The notes under the pieces: model-generated
Databases searched by the model: none
What the model saw: the letters and a program-made list of their open reading frames with translations, nothing else
Told to the model about the DNA's origin: nothing
In this document: positions 36,396 through 49,650 of the stretch, one piece after another
Numbering within the stretch: position 1 is the first letter of the stretch
Layout: each line of letters begins with the position of its first letter
Source of the DNA: Emiliania huxleyi CCMP1516
Taxonomy: Eukaryota
Direction of reading: 5' to 3'
Assembly (NCBI RefSeq): GCF_000372725.1
Contig: NW_005201223.1
Coordinates: forward strand, 160,361 to 217,485
DNA: 57,125 bases
Position numbers and translations under genes: made by a program

Positions 36396-38727
36396 TCAGT
36401 CGTACCTCCGGTCTCGCAGCGCCTCCTTCGCCTTGCTGCGCGACTCCTCCGACTTTTCGCGGTCGCCGAGCCAGTACGCGAGCACAGCGTCGCCCGTCAG
36501 CGGGCCGGTGGTGCACCGCTCGGCGCGCTGCCCGCGCGGCTTTGGCACGTCTCGCAAGTGCGCCTACCAGAAGGGAGTCGCGGGGGCGGGTCAGAGGCGG
36601 CACTCTCTCCGCCCCCTGCTCTGCCCCTCAAGAGCCGGCGCGCCAGCTCTGGGCCGTCCAGCGCGTCGGGCGCCCCGGGCGTCACGGGCCGGGAGATCAG
36701 GGGCCGCTTCATGTGCGCGGGAGGGATCTCGGTCTGGTTCTTGCCTAGAGGGGGGTGGGGGGAGCTCGGGCTCAGAAAGGGGGGGGGGGGGGATCCACGT
36801 CCGGCTCTTGCCGAACTGTTCACGTCGGCGAGACCCCGCCGCCAAACGGCGAGGCGCAGCTTGGCGCGTCTCGGCACATCTCGACTAGTCTTTGCCAAAC
36901 TTGACGTCGGTGAACCCGCCGCCAAACGGCGAAGCACGCCAACGGCCGCGCAGCTCGTAGGTCGGCCTGCCGGACGTGTGTCGCGGACGTGTCGCGGACG
37001 TGTCGTGGGCGTGTCCTCTGCAGCAGCTCCTCGGCTGGGCCTGCCCTCGTCGCGCTCGAGCACCTGTTCACAGCGGAGGCTGTGAGAGAGCGTGAGCCAT
37101 CGGCCGGCCTCGTTTTGTGGTTGGCTCGAGCGCCCAGATCTCGCAGTTGGAAGGGTTCCAGACCTGCTCCAGACATGGCCCGAGGAGGTCTGGCCGAGGT
37201 CTAGCCGAGGTCTAGCCGAGGTCTAGCCGAAATCGGCCGAGGCCTGGCCGAGGTCTGGCAGCTGGTCGGGTGGCGCACCTGCTCGAACTCGGTGACCGTC
37301 CAGCGCAGGTAGCACCTATGGTTTCAGTTGTGTGCCGATGACTACCTAAGGCTCAGATTGCTCGACGGCCCTCCAGCGTAAGGCTGCACATGCAAAAGAT
37401 GCGCATCAGCAGCCCGTGTGTCACCAGCACGTAGTTCTGCGGAGGCGGCGCCGCCGGCTCGTGCGCCGCCCTGCCGTCGTCGAAGTAGTCTCGCTCGGTC
37501 ATTGTGCGGAAGAGGTAGGTGATGAAGGAGGCCATCCGGTCAAACACGTCCGTGCCTGCGGGAAGGGCACCAAGGCGGCTCGGAAGAGGCTCTAGGCCTG
37601 CCATCCAAATGCGGAAGGCAATCCGCGCCTGCCTCGCCGTCGGGGAAGCGGTAGTAGAAGCGGCCAAACACCTGGCGGCAGTGTCGTCCGCGGAGTTGGC
37701 TTGTGTGTTTGTGCTCGAAAAGGCCGATCGGGGTTCGACCGTCGCTCTCCCTCGCTCTCCCTCGCTCTCCCTCGCTCTCGCTCTCGCTCTGCCTCTCGCT
37801 CTCGCTCTCGCTCTCGCTCTCGCTCTCGCTCTCGCTCTCGCTCCCGCTCGCTCCCGCTCCCGTTCCCGCTCCTCTCCAAACACCTGCCGCTCCGCGAGGA
37901 CGCGGCTCATCTGCGCGTCGTCCTGGAAGTTTCCGAAGTCCTGCCGGACGGAAGGGAGGGGCAGGCGGCAGGCGTGGAGAGGCGAGGTGTGCTGTGGGTG
38001 GTAGCCGGCAGGGAAGAGATCAGGCGAGGAGCCGTCTCGAAGCGGTCTCTCGGGGCAGCCTCGGGCGCTCTCGGAGCAGTCTCGGCACGGTCTTGCCTGC
38101 TCGCGCAGCCGCGGCTCGGAGGAGAGCTGGACAGTCTGCGAGTCGAAGGCCTGTGAGGTGGCGACGACAGAGGTGAAAGAGGTGAGAGGGTGAGAGAGGA
38201 GAGAGGGGTGAGGGAGGTGAGAGGTGGGGTGTGTGTGAGGCGTGGTAGGCTGTGGGAGGCGTCACCTGCAGCAGCGCCAGCAGGGTCTGCCGCGCGCGCA
38301 AATACGGCGAGTAGAAGCAGCGGATCGACTCGTTCTTGACGAGCTCCCGGATCTGCAGCCCCGCCACCACGCCCTGCGCCCACCCCACCTCGGTCAGCGC
38401 AATCTGGGAGTCGGGTGTGCTCTGGTACGCAGTCCGGTTGACGTTGCCCTCCGATTGGCCGTGCCGCACGAGGATGATGCGCTTCGGCCGCCGCAGCTTG
38501 CCCTCGCGCCGCGCACGCAGCCGCACCTCGAGCTGGTCCGCCAGCCAGTCGAGCGGGTCGAGCAGCTGCGGCGGCGGAGAGCGGAGCCGCCGCCTTGGTG
38601 GCGCTGCGGCAGCGGCGAGCGGCCTGAGCGTGCTGCTGCCAAAACTCAAGCCTGGCATCGGCCGCAGGCCCGCCGCCACGGCAAACGTCGCGGCAAGCAC
38701 GCATCGTATCGCGCTCCGCGCCGGCAT
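36396..38727 (-). CDS. Histidine phosphatase / phosphoglycerate-mutase family protein, multi-exon
   Basis: RIILVRHGQSEGN, YSPYLRARQT, EPRLREQ|DFGNFQ, FGRFYYRFPDGE, DVFDR, LVTHGLLMRIF..|YLRWTV.EFE. Confidence 0.92.
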
Positions 38728-38789
38728 GCCTCCCTGATCGGAGGCTGATGCTGCAGCGGTATTCTAGCTCAGGCTGCGGTTGGCCGAAG

Positions 38790-39650
38790 GGTCAGGCCCG
38801 GCGGAGCTGTGAGCCAGCATGAGGCAAAGGGCTGAAGCTCCTGGAGAGATCGCGGGGGGTTGGGGGGGGCCCGTCGTCAAGCTGTTTTGGGGTAGGGACT
38901 AGAGGACCCCTGCGCGGGCCCCGCCCCCCCCTCGCTGGGGGCGGGGCCCTTGCGAAGGAGAAGAGGCCAAAATTGTACAGCAGCAGACGACGGACAACGA
39001 AGCAGTCGTCTGGGGAACGAGAGGAAGCCGGGGAAGACGACTCCGACCGAGGAGGACGAAACACCAGTGGTAATCCCGCCGTCAGCTGTCACGATATACC
39101 CTTAAGTGAACCCCAGTGCCAACACCGACCGTTGAGGTTCAAGTGCTCGAAACGAGAGTGGACCTGAGCAACGACATGACTTGGAGCATGGAGGCAAATG
39201 ATCGGAGTGGGAGTCAGAAATGTGGTCCTTGCGCGAGGGGGAGCTCGATAAACTCGAGGGGCCAAATTATGCCGCGAGGAGGGCGGAGTTACGCAGAGAG
39301 GCGAGAGAAGCAGCGAGAGCAAGGGATCGGCAGACGGCAGCGGCGTTTCAGAACGAGGCCGAGGAGAGCGATGAGTCAGAGGATGAAACAGCAGGAGAGA
39401 GAACGAGGACGAGAGTGGGAAGAACGAGAGGTGGCATGAAGGTCGCTGCGAGAATTGGTGAGAAACTGCGAAGAGAGAGATAGGAAGTGGTAGACGCCCG
39501 AGGGTGGGCGACGGCTAGCACCACACACTCCTCTCCTTAAAATCCCTGTGTGGTGGCGGCGTGCCGTCCTCCCATCCCTCCCTTGGGTTGTCTGTTTTCT
39601 TTCTTTCTTTCTTTTTCTACCCTCCCTTGGGTTATCTTTTTCTTTTTTGT
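38790..39650 (+). mobile_element. 3' end of unclassified retro-like element (ORF end at 39483, module A, TTTC-rich tail)
   Basis: Shares the ORF terminus with the 7.4-kb copy and module A with 5910 and 7205. Left boundary approximate. Confidence 0.55.
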
Positions 39651-40252
39651 GGTTCTGTGTGTCGCTCCTGTGTGACCGCCACCGTGTACCGCCCATCTTG
39701 CGTCCACCCATCCGCGCTGTTCACCTTTGAACATACGGCTTTAGAGAGAGAGAGAGGAATTCTGGATGGGAGAGAGCCATTGTTTGTTTGTTTTCTGGAT
39801 GGGTGCCTGCTCACGAATCCGACAACAAACTGTTTGGTATTGAAGGGATGACGTGTGAGTGTTAGAGTTGTTTGTTTGGTATTGCTAAAAATCTCTCTCT
39901 CTCTCTCTCTCGAATCCGACCGTAAATGCTCCCGACTAGGCGCAAGGCTTGCTGTTCACGCACGCCCACCGGACCAAGTGTTCACACGGATTCGGGAAAT
40001 AAGATTACCAAAGGACGCTCACTATGCTGAGAAGCCGTTCAACACACCTTAGGTAATTGCGCGGAATCGAAAACTTTCTGCCGCCGTGGGCAACCTTCCT
40101 TAGATCCGAAATACGGAGTTCGAGTCCATGGCTGCTGGCTTGACTTTTGCTACGCTTCTCTCGGGTGCCGCTCGCCACTGCTCACCACCATGCCACACAC
40201 CTCTGCCCGCGACTTCTCCTCTCAACCCTCAGGTCTCCTCGCTCCGAACCGC

Positions 40253-40890
40253 ATGGCAAACCTCAAGCAGGCCACGACAAACGCAGTTAAGCGCTCGGCG
40301 GCAGTTCGCCGCCACGGCAACGTGCAGCTGTCCGGCGAGTGGGTGCTCGACACTACAAAGTCGTCGCACGGAGCGCTTCGCCCGTTTCTTATCGCGTGCG
40401 GGGCGCCTCGCGTCTTTGCCGGTGGGACCTCTCACCCGGCTCCGCCCACCACCACTCATCGGCGTCGTAGGGCCCAGTCAAATTCACTAACCGCGTCGTC
40501 CCCACTCGCTCGACGGCAGGCCCGCTCGCGCGCAAGTTCGACAGCGATCATCTCGTGCTCAAGGCGGAGGGCGACGAGGTCACCATCGAGACGCCGCGCT
40601 CGGGGTGGAGCCTGCCGATCAAGCTCCAGACCGACGCGACCTATTCCCGCCACAAGGAGACCATCGTCGCCACGCCGCGCGGACCCCAGCGCGCATCGCT
40701 GGTGACGGCGTCGCATGCCCCGATGGCGGTCGAGATCATCAAGCTCGGGCCCTCGGAGGGAGAGTTCGTCACCGAGCACTATGTCACCACGGACGATGGA
40801 AATCTCGAGCAGCAGCTGACACACCGCGCTGCCGACGGGAGGACCGAGGTGGTTGTGCGCCGCGTCTTCAAGCGCGTGGCGTCCGTCTGA
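40253..40890 (+). CDS. Small calycin/FABP-like protein; intron 40422-40519
   Basis: LSGEWVLD...FL.ACG.P N-terminal GxW motif, then beta-strand pattern ending VRRVFKR. Confidence 0.65.
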
Positions 40891-41269
40891 CGCCCGCAGC
40901 CGGCAACCCCGTCCATATGAGCCGGTGGGAAGCCTGTCTGTCGCTCGGGGCCTACGAGCACTGGGCAGCAGACTCCACTGCTGGCGCTGGCGCACCTTCT
41001 ACTATGTGCCACCCGCCACTGCTCAAAGTGTTGACATGCTCTCCTCATTAGTCTGACAGTAGTACGTGCGATCTTGTCGATCAGGTTGGTTGTTGAGATG
41101 TGTACATGACGTGGAGTAATGTGAGGCGTGTGTATAGTCTGATGAGAAGTATTACGTGGCTTTCTTTCTTTTGCCTGCTGTGAGAAAAGAATTTAACAAA
41201 GACAGAAAGAAACAAAACACACAACCCAAGGGAGGGATGGTGAGGTGTGTGTCTGAGTCTGTCTGTCTA

Positions 41270-41270
<1 letters not shown>

Positions 41271-41316
<46 letters not shown>

Positions 41317-41317
41317 A

Positions 41318-41396
<79 letters not shown>
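41271..41396. repeat. (CA)n microsatellite
   Basis: CA run with 3 interruptions. Confidence 0.98.
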
Positions 41397-41398
<2 letters not shown>

Positions 41399-42011
41399 CA
41401 CAAAGCCGCAGCTGTGAGCGCTGTCAGCGGTGTTTCGACACCGATATCGTTCAAGGAGAACGCTGTTCAAAATCCGCTGTTTACACTTCACAGGTAAGTG
41501 TAAGCGGAGCAGCTGAGTAGATACAGCGAATCCTTAGTGTTCACACCTGCAAGAGCAGGTGTGAACCGATTTCGGCCTTAGCCGTCTGTATGCCGAAAGC
41601 GTGCTATCCAAGTAGTACGCAGTTGGATTCCGAGGGTGTCCCATCACAAGTTCGGCTGCCGACAGACAATAAATAAATAAATAAAACGGGCACGCCAAAC
41701 GGGGGGTGGGAGAAGGACAGGGTCCCCACCTGCACGAGCAGGATCTTGTAAGGACGATCCCGTACCATGCGGAACCGACCCTATCCAGTGCTCAAGTGCT
41801 CAAGGACGATCAGGGACACAGGGGAACGGGAGCGGGGAGCGCATCGCGACACGGAGGGGGGCTGGGCAGGGTTCACCCACACGACAGGGTCCCAGGGATT
41901 CCTCTCTCGTATAGGACAGGTTGCAACACAAGATCATCACTAGATCTATTGCTACTGAAAAACTCTTTTTCGCGTCCGCCTCCTTTCGGCCCCGTGCTCA
42001 CCAGCAGCCCC

Positions 42012-43011
42012 ATGCTCACCACCACCACCACTCGCAGTGGCTCTCGCGGCCTCCTGCGGCCTGCTGCCTGCTGCCTCGGTGCGCTCGCGCTCGGCGCGCT
42101 TGCGCTCGTTTATGCCGCTCCGGCCGAGGCACCGTCCCTCTTCTCGCGGCTCAAGGACCGGATGAAGGAGCGGTATGATGCAAATCACATCCTCGACGAG
42201 CGTGCTCCGGGCATGACGTGCCGCGACCCGGACGGTCCGCTGATGAGTGGCATCAATTCTGCCGTCGAGTGGGCGGTCGCCAAGGTGCCCGAGTCGCGCC
42301 TCCACTCGCTGCCGGTCGAGGCCAAGCTGCGGGTTGGGCTGGTGAGGCCAGAGACTCCTGGCGACGCGCACCGCTCCTCTCGCGACGCATTCTGACCCGC
42401 CGCAGGTGACGACGACGATATCGGGCATCACGATCGACGCGCTGGCGGTGGAGGCGATCCGTATGCGCTCGTGCAGAAAGGAGAAGAGCGGGTGGCTGCC
42501 CAACGTGCTGCCCGACCGTGTCATCCTCTCGGTGAGCGGCGTCAAGGTCACCACCGGCCTGCACCTCGACTCGTCCGGCATCTGCGGCCTGTGGTGCGTC
42601 GGCGGCGTGGCGGGCAACGCGACGGCGTCCGTGACCGGCACGCTCAACCTGACGGTGTCGTACGAGAAGGCCAACCTGACCGAGGTCACCGACTGCACGG
42701 GCGACTTCCACGTCGGCAAGACGGAGTTTGTGGGCGAGAAGCGCGACGTCGCCATCCCGGAGCCGCCCGTGGGGCTGCCGATATCGCGCATCATCTGCTA
42801 CGGCAGCAAGCCGCCGGGCGCGCTGATGGATGCGCTGGTGGACGTCGACGTGACCAACACGAAGACGGGCAAGCAGATGGGGGGCGGGCCGCCCTTCGCC
42901 GGCCTCGTGCCGCTCCTCAACCAAAAGTTCGCCGAGGTTGCGCCGCGCTTCCGCCAGGCCAAGGCCAGCATGCAGGCGAGGCAGGAGGCGCGCAGGGCAA
43001 AGTGGGGCTGA
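42012..43011 (+). CDS. Hypothetical type II membrane protein, 2 exons (acceptor at 42405)
   Basis: TM CLGALALGALALVYA. Second exon VTTTISGITIDAL...RAKWG* with strong GC3 codon bias. Confidence 0.7.
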
Positions 43012-43211
43012 CCGGCGCTATGCGCCCTCCCCAGCCTCCACGGGAACGCACACTCAGCTACAGTCCATGAGCCATGACACTAGTCCCTCGCCAGTCATGA
43101 TTCTCGCGTGTGAGTGAGTGTGCATGTGAACGCTTCAAAAAACCAAAAAAAACGCCCCACGTACCTAGATACCGCGACGAGAAACCTTGGTGCCGCCCGC
43201 GTGGTTGCACC

Positions 43212-44841
43212 ATGCTCATACATGCCGCCTTGGCCGTACTCATCGTGCCGTCCAGCATGGCCGAGGACAGCATTATCGACCGGTTTAGGCGATATTTCGG
43301 CGCCTCCTCGCCTAGCGGATCTGCTCCCGACGCACTGCAGCGCCTGACCGGCGCCTCCCGGCCTCGCAACGCCTCACTGCAGAGGCAGCGGCCGACCGGC
43401 GCCTCCCGGCATCTCGGCGCTGCACCCGGCGCCTCTCTGCATCGCAGCGCCTTAAAAACCTCGCGCCCTCGCAGCTCGGCTCCCGGCGCCTCCGCCGCCG
43501 CCGCCCGCGCCGCCACCTCCGCCCGCTCCGCCGCCGCCGCCCGTGCTCGTTCCCATTACACGGCTAGCCATCGGCCAGCGCCACGCAGGGTAGGCGCCGG
43601 TGTTCAAGTCCGAGTGTCGCCGGAAGCCGGATCAAAGAACTGCTCGGTCTACTGCCGAACTCCGTGGCGGGCACCGCACGGCTACCCTGGGGTGGCGAAA
43701 CGCGGCGGCGAGGGCCAGCTGCTCTGCCCGTCCATGTTTCGGGACATGTGCGACTATGTCTACGACTGGCCCTACGACCACTTCAAGGAGGTCGTCTTCC
43801 TTCCGGGGTTCGCAGACGTGGTGGCGTGCCTGCCGGCGGTCCCATTCATCTACGCGCAGCCGGGCCCGCCGACGGAGCGGTTCGCAAAGTACATGCTCCC
43901 GCTGCTGGAGCGGGCGGGCAAGAAGTTCGTCTTCGTCACCGGCCAGTCGGCGTACGGCGTCCCTCTCAAGCCCGGAGGCGTGCGGCAGATTCTGGCGTCG
44001 CCCGCCCTGATCCGCTGGTTCGGCCAGTACCCGAACGCCGAGCACGCCAAGTTTGAGCCCTTGCCGGTGGGGCTGAACTGCTTTGAGCACGCGCCGGAGC
44101 TGTTCCGAACCCTGCAGCAGATTGGCACCTACAAGCAGCTGGTCTCTCCCGAGCACAAGTCGTCGCTGCTGATGGTCAACTTCTCGCCCAAGACGAACCC
44201 GATCCGGAAGAAGCTCATCGACAAGTACTGCCACGGGGGCGGGTTCGCCCACTGCTTCCCAAAGGGCCAGAATAACAACATTCAGGGCAACCCGCACCTG
44301 GTTGCCTTCTACAACAACGCCTCGAAGTTCAAGTACGCGCTCTGCCCTCCGGGGCAGGGCATGGACAGCCATCGGACGTGGGAGATGCTGCTGCTGGGGG
44401 TGGTGCCAATCGTAGAGCACTCGAGGCACCGCGCCTCCTCTCGTGGAGGCGCCCACCGACCGACGGCGTCTCTTCACGCCCCCCGCTGCGAATAGGATGG
44501 ACTTCATGTGGGACTCTGGCGACCTGCCGGTGCTGGCCGTGCGAGACTTGCTGAAGCTGCCGTCGAAGGCAGAGCTCGAGGCGCTGTACGACGAGAAGTT
44601 CGGCTCGAAGATGGCGCTGTTCAAGCGCGCGCGCCTCGGCCGGCAGTTCTGGCTGGACAAGTTTGAGTCCTTTCGCCGTGGACACCTCGCCGGCGGGGCG
44701 GGTGCCGCAGGCGAGGCGAGGAGGCGGTGCTGGCACGGCAAGCCGCACTGGACGCGGGACGAGGCCCAGAGCTATTGTGCAAACAACGGCACCAAGCACA
44801 GCCCAGGGCAGAAGTGTCACTGGTCAGGGCACCAAAGATGA
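43212..44841 (+). CDS. Exostosin/GT47-like glycosyltransferase; intron 44426-44495
   Basis: Signal/anchor, PLPVGL, KYALCPPGQGMDSHRTWEMLLLGVVPIV. Confidence 0.8.
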
Positions 44842-45270
44842 ACGCGCTCTCCCTCAACGGACGTTTTCACTGGCCATTTCGAGGGGTTTGATGCATGATA
44901 GTAGAGCCGCATGCTGCCGATGAGAGACGCGGCGCGATGGCACGACTTGTATATGTGTGTCTTGAAGAGGACGCATGGGTGGGACGGGCGGTCGGGGAGG
45001 GACGCGACGTGTCGGGTGGGCTAAGTCATACCCGGGTTGCGGGTAACAAAAGAGGAATACGATTGGACCGCACAGAGACGAGCGAGTTCGCGCTGCGCCA
45101 TGCGCCGTCTCCCCGCCCCTGTCGCCTGTGGCAACGAATTTTCGCCGTCGTATGATCACGGCGCAGTTCACCCTTGGGGACCCGCTGTCCAGGGACGACG
45201 GCGTGATCTCCCACGGTGGAAACCGGAGGCAGAGGAACGGACGAGCACAACGCAACATGAGCTGGCGCCA

Positions 45271-46419
45271 ATGCCACGCCTCGTTGCGATCGGGGTCGTG
45301 GCAGTCGCCTGCTCGCTTCTCTTCTGCGCAGCGCCGCCTCTCGTGGCGGCAAAGGGCTGCATCAAGTCCCTGGCTCAGTGCGAGACCAAGCTGAGCGACA
45401 AGGGCGGAACTTCTTGCGGAACTTCTGACCAGCGATATGGCCGCCTTGCCCGAGAAAGGCTGCATCGCACAAGAGCGGCCCTGCGCGCGCCTCTTGCACG
45501 CGCCGCCAAGCGAGTCGCATTGCGAGTGAGAGCGCGAGAGCTGTTCTCCTTAGGCAAGAGGCGAGCCGTGCGCTGCTCGCCACTGAGTTTGGCGCGGCGG
45601 CGGGGGCCCGCACTGTGGAGCTGCGGCTGCAGCTGCCGGGCTGGGGTGCGCTGAGTAGTAGCGCCGCCGCCGGTGCTGGTCAGACGTCCAAGGGCGGGCC
45701 TGCCGTCGTACCCAGGAAATGGCACGCTACGGATCGAGCTCGCGGCGGACAATTTGATGCCAGTCTCGGTGTTGTACTTTCTGAGGCAGGTGGTCGGACT
45801 AAATCTCGGACTCTGTCGCCAGCCGCCGCGCCCCTCTCTCTTGGCTTATCACGCCACGCGCTCTCCCACCTCAGGTGCGCTCCGGGCTGTGGACCGGCGC
45901 CTCCTTCCACCGCAACGCCGGCCACGTGCTCCAGGCTGAAACCCACTCAAACGAAGTGAGATCCCCCATGAGGTCTCCGCCACTCCGCATCACGCCCACC
46001 CGTAGGCCGGCCTCGCGCACAAGGCGGTGCCAGCCGAGCTGCGCGCGAGCGTGCCATTCCAAGAGTACTCGCCGTCGCTGCCGCACGAGAAATTCACCGT
46101 CGGGTTCGCAGGGCGGCCAGGCGGGCCGGACTGGTACATTTCAACGGTCGACAACACGCGCAACCACGGGCCGGGGTCGCAGAGCCCCGACGCCGCCCTT
46201 TTCGGAGAGGCAGACCCGTGCTTCGGCAAGGTGGTGGCGGGCTTTGACGTCCTTGCGGCGATGCGAGCGATGGCGGTGCGACAGCTTCTGCCCCATACAA
46301 AGTTGAGACTGCGAGAGGGTGCGGCAACCGACATCGCCCGCCTTGGGCCATAGGTGCAGCCGGGCGGCTTTGGGATGCTGATGGAACCGGTGAGAATCCT
46401 CAGCGCCAGGGTTTTATAG
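45271..46419 (+). CDS. Divergent cyclophilin-like domain protein with signal peptide, multi-exon
   Basis: SFHRNAGHVLQ, FQEYS...PHEKFTVGFAGRPGGPDWYIST.DN...HGPG, DPCFGKVVAGFDV. Confidence 0.8.
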
Positions 46420-46975
46420 CGAGTGTAGCGGCTTCCCCTACTTGACGAGCCCCGCCGGCCCCTTCGTTCTGTGCTCTCTCTTGTTCGCACGTGCGAGGGA
46501 GTTTTGTTGTAGAACTCTCTTTTTCATACCGTACTCAGACTGAGCTCTCACTGTCACTCCTAACGCGCCCTCTAACCGCCCTCTAGCTCTCACTGTCACT
46601 CTTAACGCGCGGTTTTCCGCGCTACCCCTGTCTTTGGGGATTAAGACTTTTAAAGTCTTTGTGCTTAGCTGAGTTTTCCCGCGCGTAACAGGAATGTCCG
46701 ATTTTTTGTGTGGTAAGGGGACCAGCCCACCGACTCCGACTGTCACACATCAAGCCATCAGTTTCTCTTTCAGGGGGGTGGCCTTCCCGTGTGAGGCGCG
46801 GTAAAGCTGAAGGGCAGGAGAGGATCGAGGACGAGAGCTTCACGCCAGTCACGTAGCAGTAGATGAGAGCGGTGTCCACTCCTATAGTGCAAAGCAGCAT
46901 TGCGTGAGAGACGGCGTGGAGCCGAGAGAAGGGTTGGGTTGTGTGTCGACAGCGACACTGCACCGTTTGAGGCAG

Positions 46976-49650
46976 CTAGAGGGTACGTCTCTCGCCCCCC
47001 GAGAAGATCGAGACCACCCGCGAGAACAGAGACCTCCGACGGGGCGGGGTGGCAACGGGAGAGTCCTCCTCGGCGGCCGGAGAGCCGGCCATTTCGCGGT
47101 ACTGATCGCCGGCCGACTTGCGCGGTATTGTGGATTCGAGCGCCGCCACTGCCGCCGACGCTGTCGCTGCGGCCGCCTCGGCCGCTTTCTCAAGCTTGCG
47201 CGACGAGGAGCGCGCGAGGACGCTGTCGACCGCCTTGCCAGCCTCCTCGTCGTCCGCAGCATCCGGGGCGCCGGAAGCTGCGCGATACAAGTCACCGGCC
47301 GACTTGCGCGGTATTGTGGATTCGAGCGCCGCCACTGCCGCCGACGCTGTCGCTGCGGCCGCCTCGGCCGCTTTCTCAAGCTTGCGCGACGAGGAGCGCG
47401 CGAGGACGCTGTCGACCGCCTTGCCAGCCTCCTCGTCGTCCGCAGCATCCGGGGCGCCGGAAGCTGCGCGATACAAGTCACCGGCCGACTTGCGCGGCAC
47501 TGCGGCGTCCAGCGCCGCTACCGCCGACGACGCGGTGGCAGCGGCGGCCTCCGCGAGCTGCTCGACCTTGCGCGAGGAGGAGCGCTTCAGGACGCCATCA
47601 ACGGCGGCACCCGGCCCGTCATCGTCCTTGCTGGAGCCTGCCGATGCGCGGTATTGCTCGCCATACGACACCCTCGAGCTCGATCGCTTTTGCGGCTTCG
47701 GCGCGGGCTTAGGGGTCGGTGATTTGATTGACGAGGCCCGCTTCATCATCCCATCGATGGCAGCCCCGGCCGCTTCGTCCTCCTCCCTGCTAGAGCCGGC
47801 CGCCGCACGGTACACTTCACCAGCCGACTTGCGAGGCACTGCAGCGTCAAGCGCGGCCACCGTGGCAGCGGCGGTAACGGTGGCAGCCTCGGCCACTTTC
47901 TCCAGCTTGCGCGACGAGGAGCGAGCGAGGACGCCGTCGACCGCGTCGCCGACCTCGTCGTCCTTGACGCCACCCGAGGCCGCGCGGTACACATCGCCGG
48001 CCGACTTGCGCGGCACCTTTGCGTCGAGAGCTGCGACGGCAGCTGCAGCTGTGGCGGCGGCGGCCTCCGCGAGCCTTTCGACCTTGCGCGAGGAGGAGCG
48101 CGCTAGTACCGCGTCAACAGCTGTACCGGCGTCCGATGGCTCGCCCGCCTCTGGCTCAGCCGGTGATGGCTCCGGCGCGGGCGGCGCAGGTAAGTCAAAG
48201 GAGCGGCCGCGGGATGCCCGCGTCGCAGGTCCGGCCACGGAGGCAGCGGCGGTAAGGAGCCGGGCGGTGGCACCCTCCTCCTTCAAGGGCGCCTCTGGCT
48301 CTGCGGCTGGCACTGCGGCTGGTTCCTCAACCGCTGCCTCGGGTGGATCAGCGACAAGAGCGGCCGAGCGGTAGACGGGGGCGGTGGTCTCGTCCTCCGC
48401 GCTGACGCATACGATCGTCGTACCCGCCGGGTGGCTGCCGCTCAAAGGAGTCGCCAGGTGGATGGAGCCAAAGCCAGCGATCGTGTGTGTCTCCGCGTTG
48501 GCCCCCTCGCCGATGCGGACGACGTCACCGACCGCGAAGCCGCCCTGGCCGCTAGTTTGCAGGACCGTCTCGCCCGATTCGGCAGGCTCCATCAGCGTAG
48601 TTGACAGGGGCGGTGGAGGCACCCCCGATGCTTCCGCCACCTCAATGTCACCCACCGCCTGGCGGTACTGCTCGCCATATGACATTCTCGACGGCTTTGG
48701 CGCCTTTGGCGCCGCGGGCTTCGGGGTCGGCGACTTTATCGAGGAGGCACGCTTCAGCATCCCGTCGATGGCAGCCCCGGCGGCCTCGTCCTCGGTGCCC
48801 GCCGCTGCGCGGTACTGATCGCCGGCCGACTTGCGCGGCACAACAGCGCTGATCGCCGCCGCCGCCGCCGATGCCTTGGCGGCCGCCGCCTCTGCAAGCT
48901 TCTCCGCCTTGCGCGACGAGGAGCGTGCCAAAACCCCATCGATCGCGGTGCCGGCCTCATCCTCCTCGCTGCCGCCGGCAGCCTCACGGTAGAGCTCGCC
49001 GGCCGACTTGCGCGGCACCTTTGCATCGAGTGCTGCGACGGTGGCTGCGGCGGTGGCAGCTGCGGCCTCCGCGAGCTTCTCGACCTTGCGCGAGGAGGAG
49101 CGCGCCAGAACTGTGTTTACGGCCACGCCCGGCAGATTCTCTGCCACCAAAGACGCGCCCGCCTCGAACTCCTCTCTCGGAAGTTGCCCTGTTATCGCCT
49201 TGGCGGTCACCTCATCCGCAAAGGCGGCGCCCGTGTCCTCGGGGAATGACTCGATCAGGGAGACCCCTCGGCCCGAGGCTGCCTGCTGCGACTCTCTCTC
49301 GGAGGCGCGGTAGATGTCGACGTACGCACCGCGCGGGCCGAAGCTCGTCCGCTTCTCAGCAGGCTTGCGCGGCTTCGGTTCTGAATCCACACGCGCAAGC
49401 ATGCCATCGAGAGCGGCGCCTGCCACCTCTTCCTCCTTGCTGCGGCTGGCGATGTCACGGAACTGGTCGCCGGCCGACTTGCGCGGCACCTTTGCGTCGA
49501 TCGCGGCGACGCCGGCTGCCACGGTGGCGGCGGCGGCCTCCGCGAGCTTCTCGACCTTGCGCGAGGAGGAGCGCGCCAGCACCGCGTCCACGGCGGTGCC
49601 AGCCTCTGCAGCAGGCTCCTCGGCCGGCGTCTCGGCCGGCGCCTCGGCGA
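46976..49650 (-). CDS. Ala-rich repeat protein (~60-aa RSSSRK/PRKSAG repeats), 5' end missing
   Basis: Repeats DxVLARSSSRKxEKxAEAAAAT...VPRKSAGDxYR, an exact 186-bp tandem near the 3' end and a central beta-rich module. No ATG before the retroelement. Confidence 0.75.

Noticed and set aside
38085..38110. Second GA-donor intron in the phosphatase gene
   Set aside because: Re-reading shows an ordinary gagcag|GC donor
39505..41240. Pack-MULE carrying the FABP-like gene
   Set aside because: The right arm is only a short partial match, no TSD was found, and the left arm is the tail of a longer element
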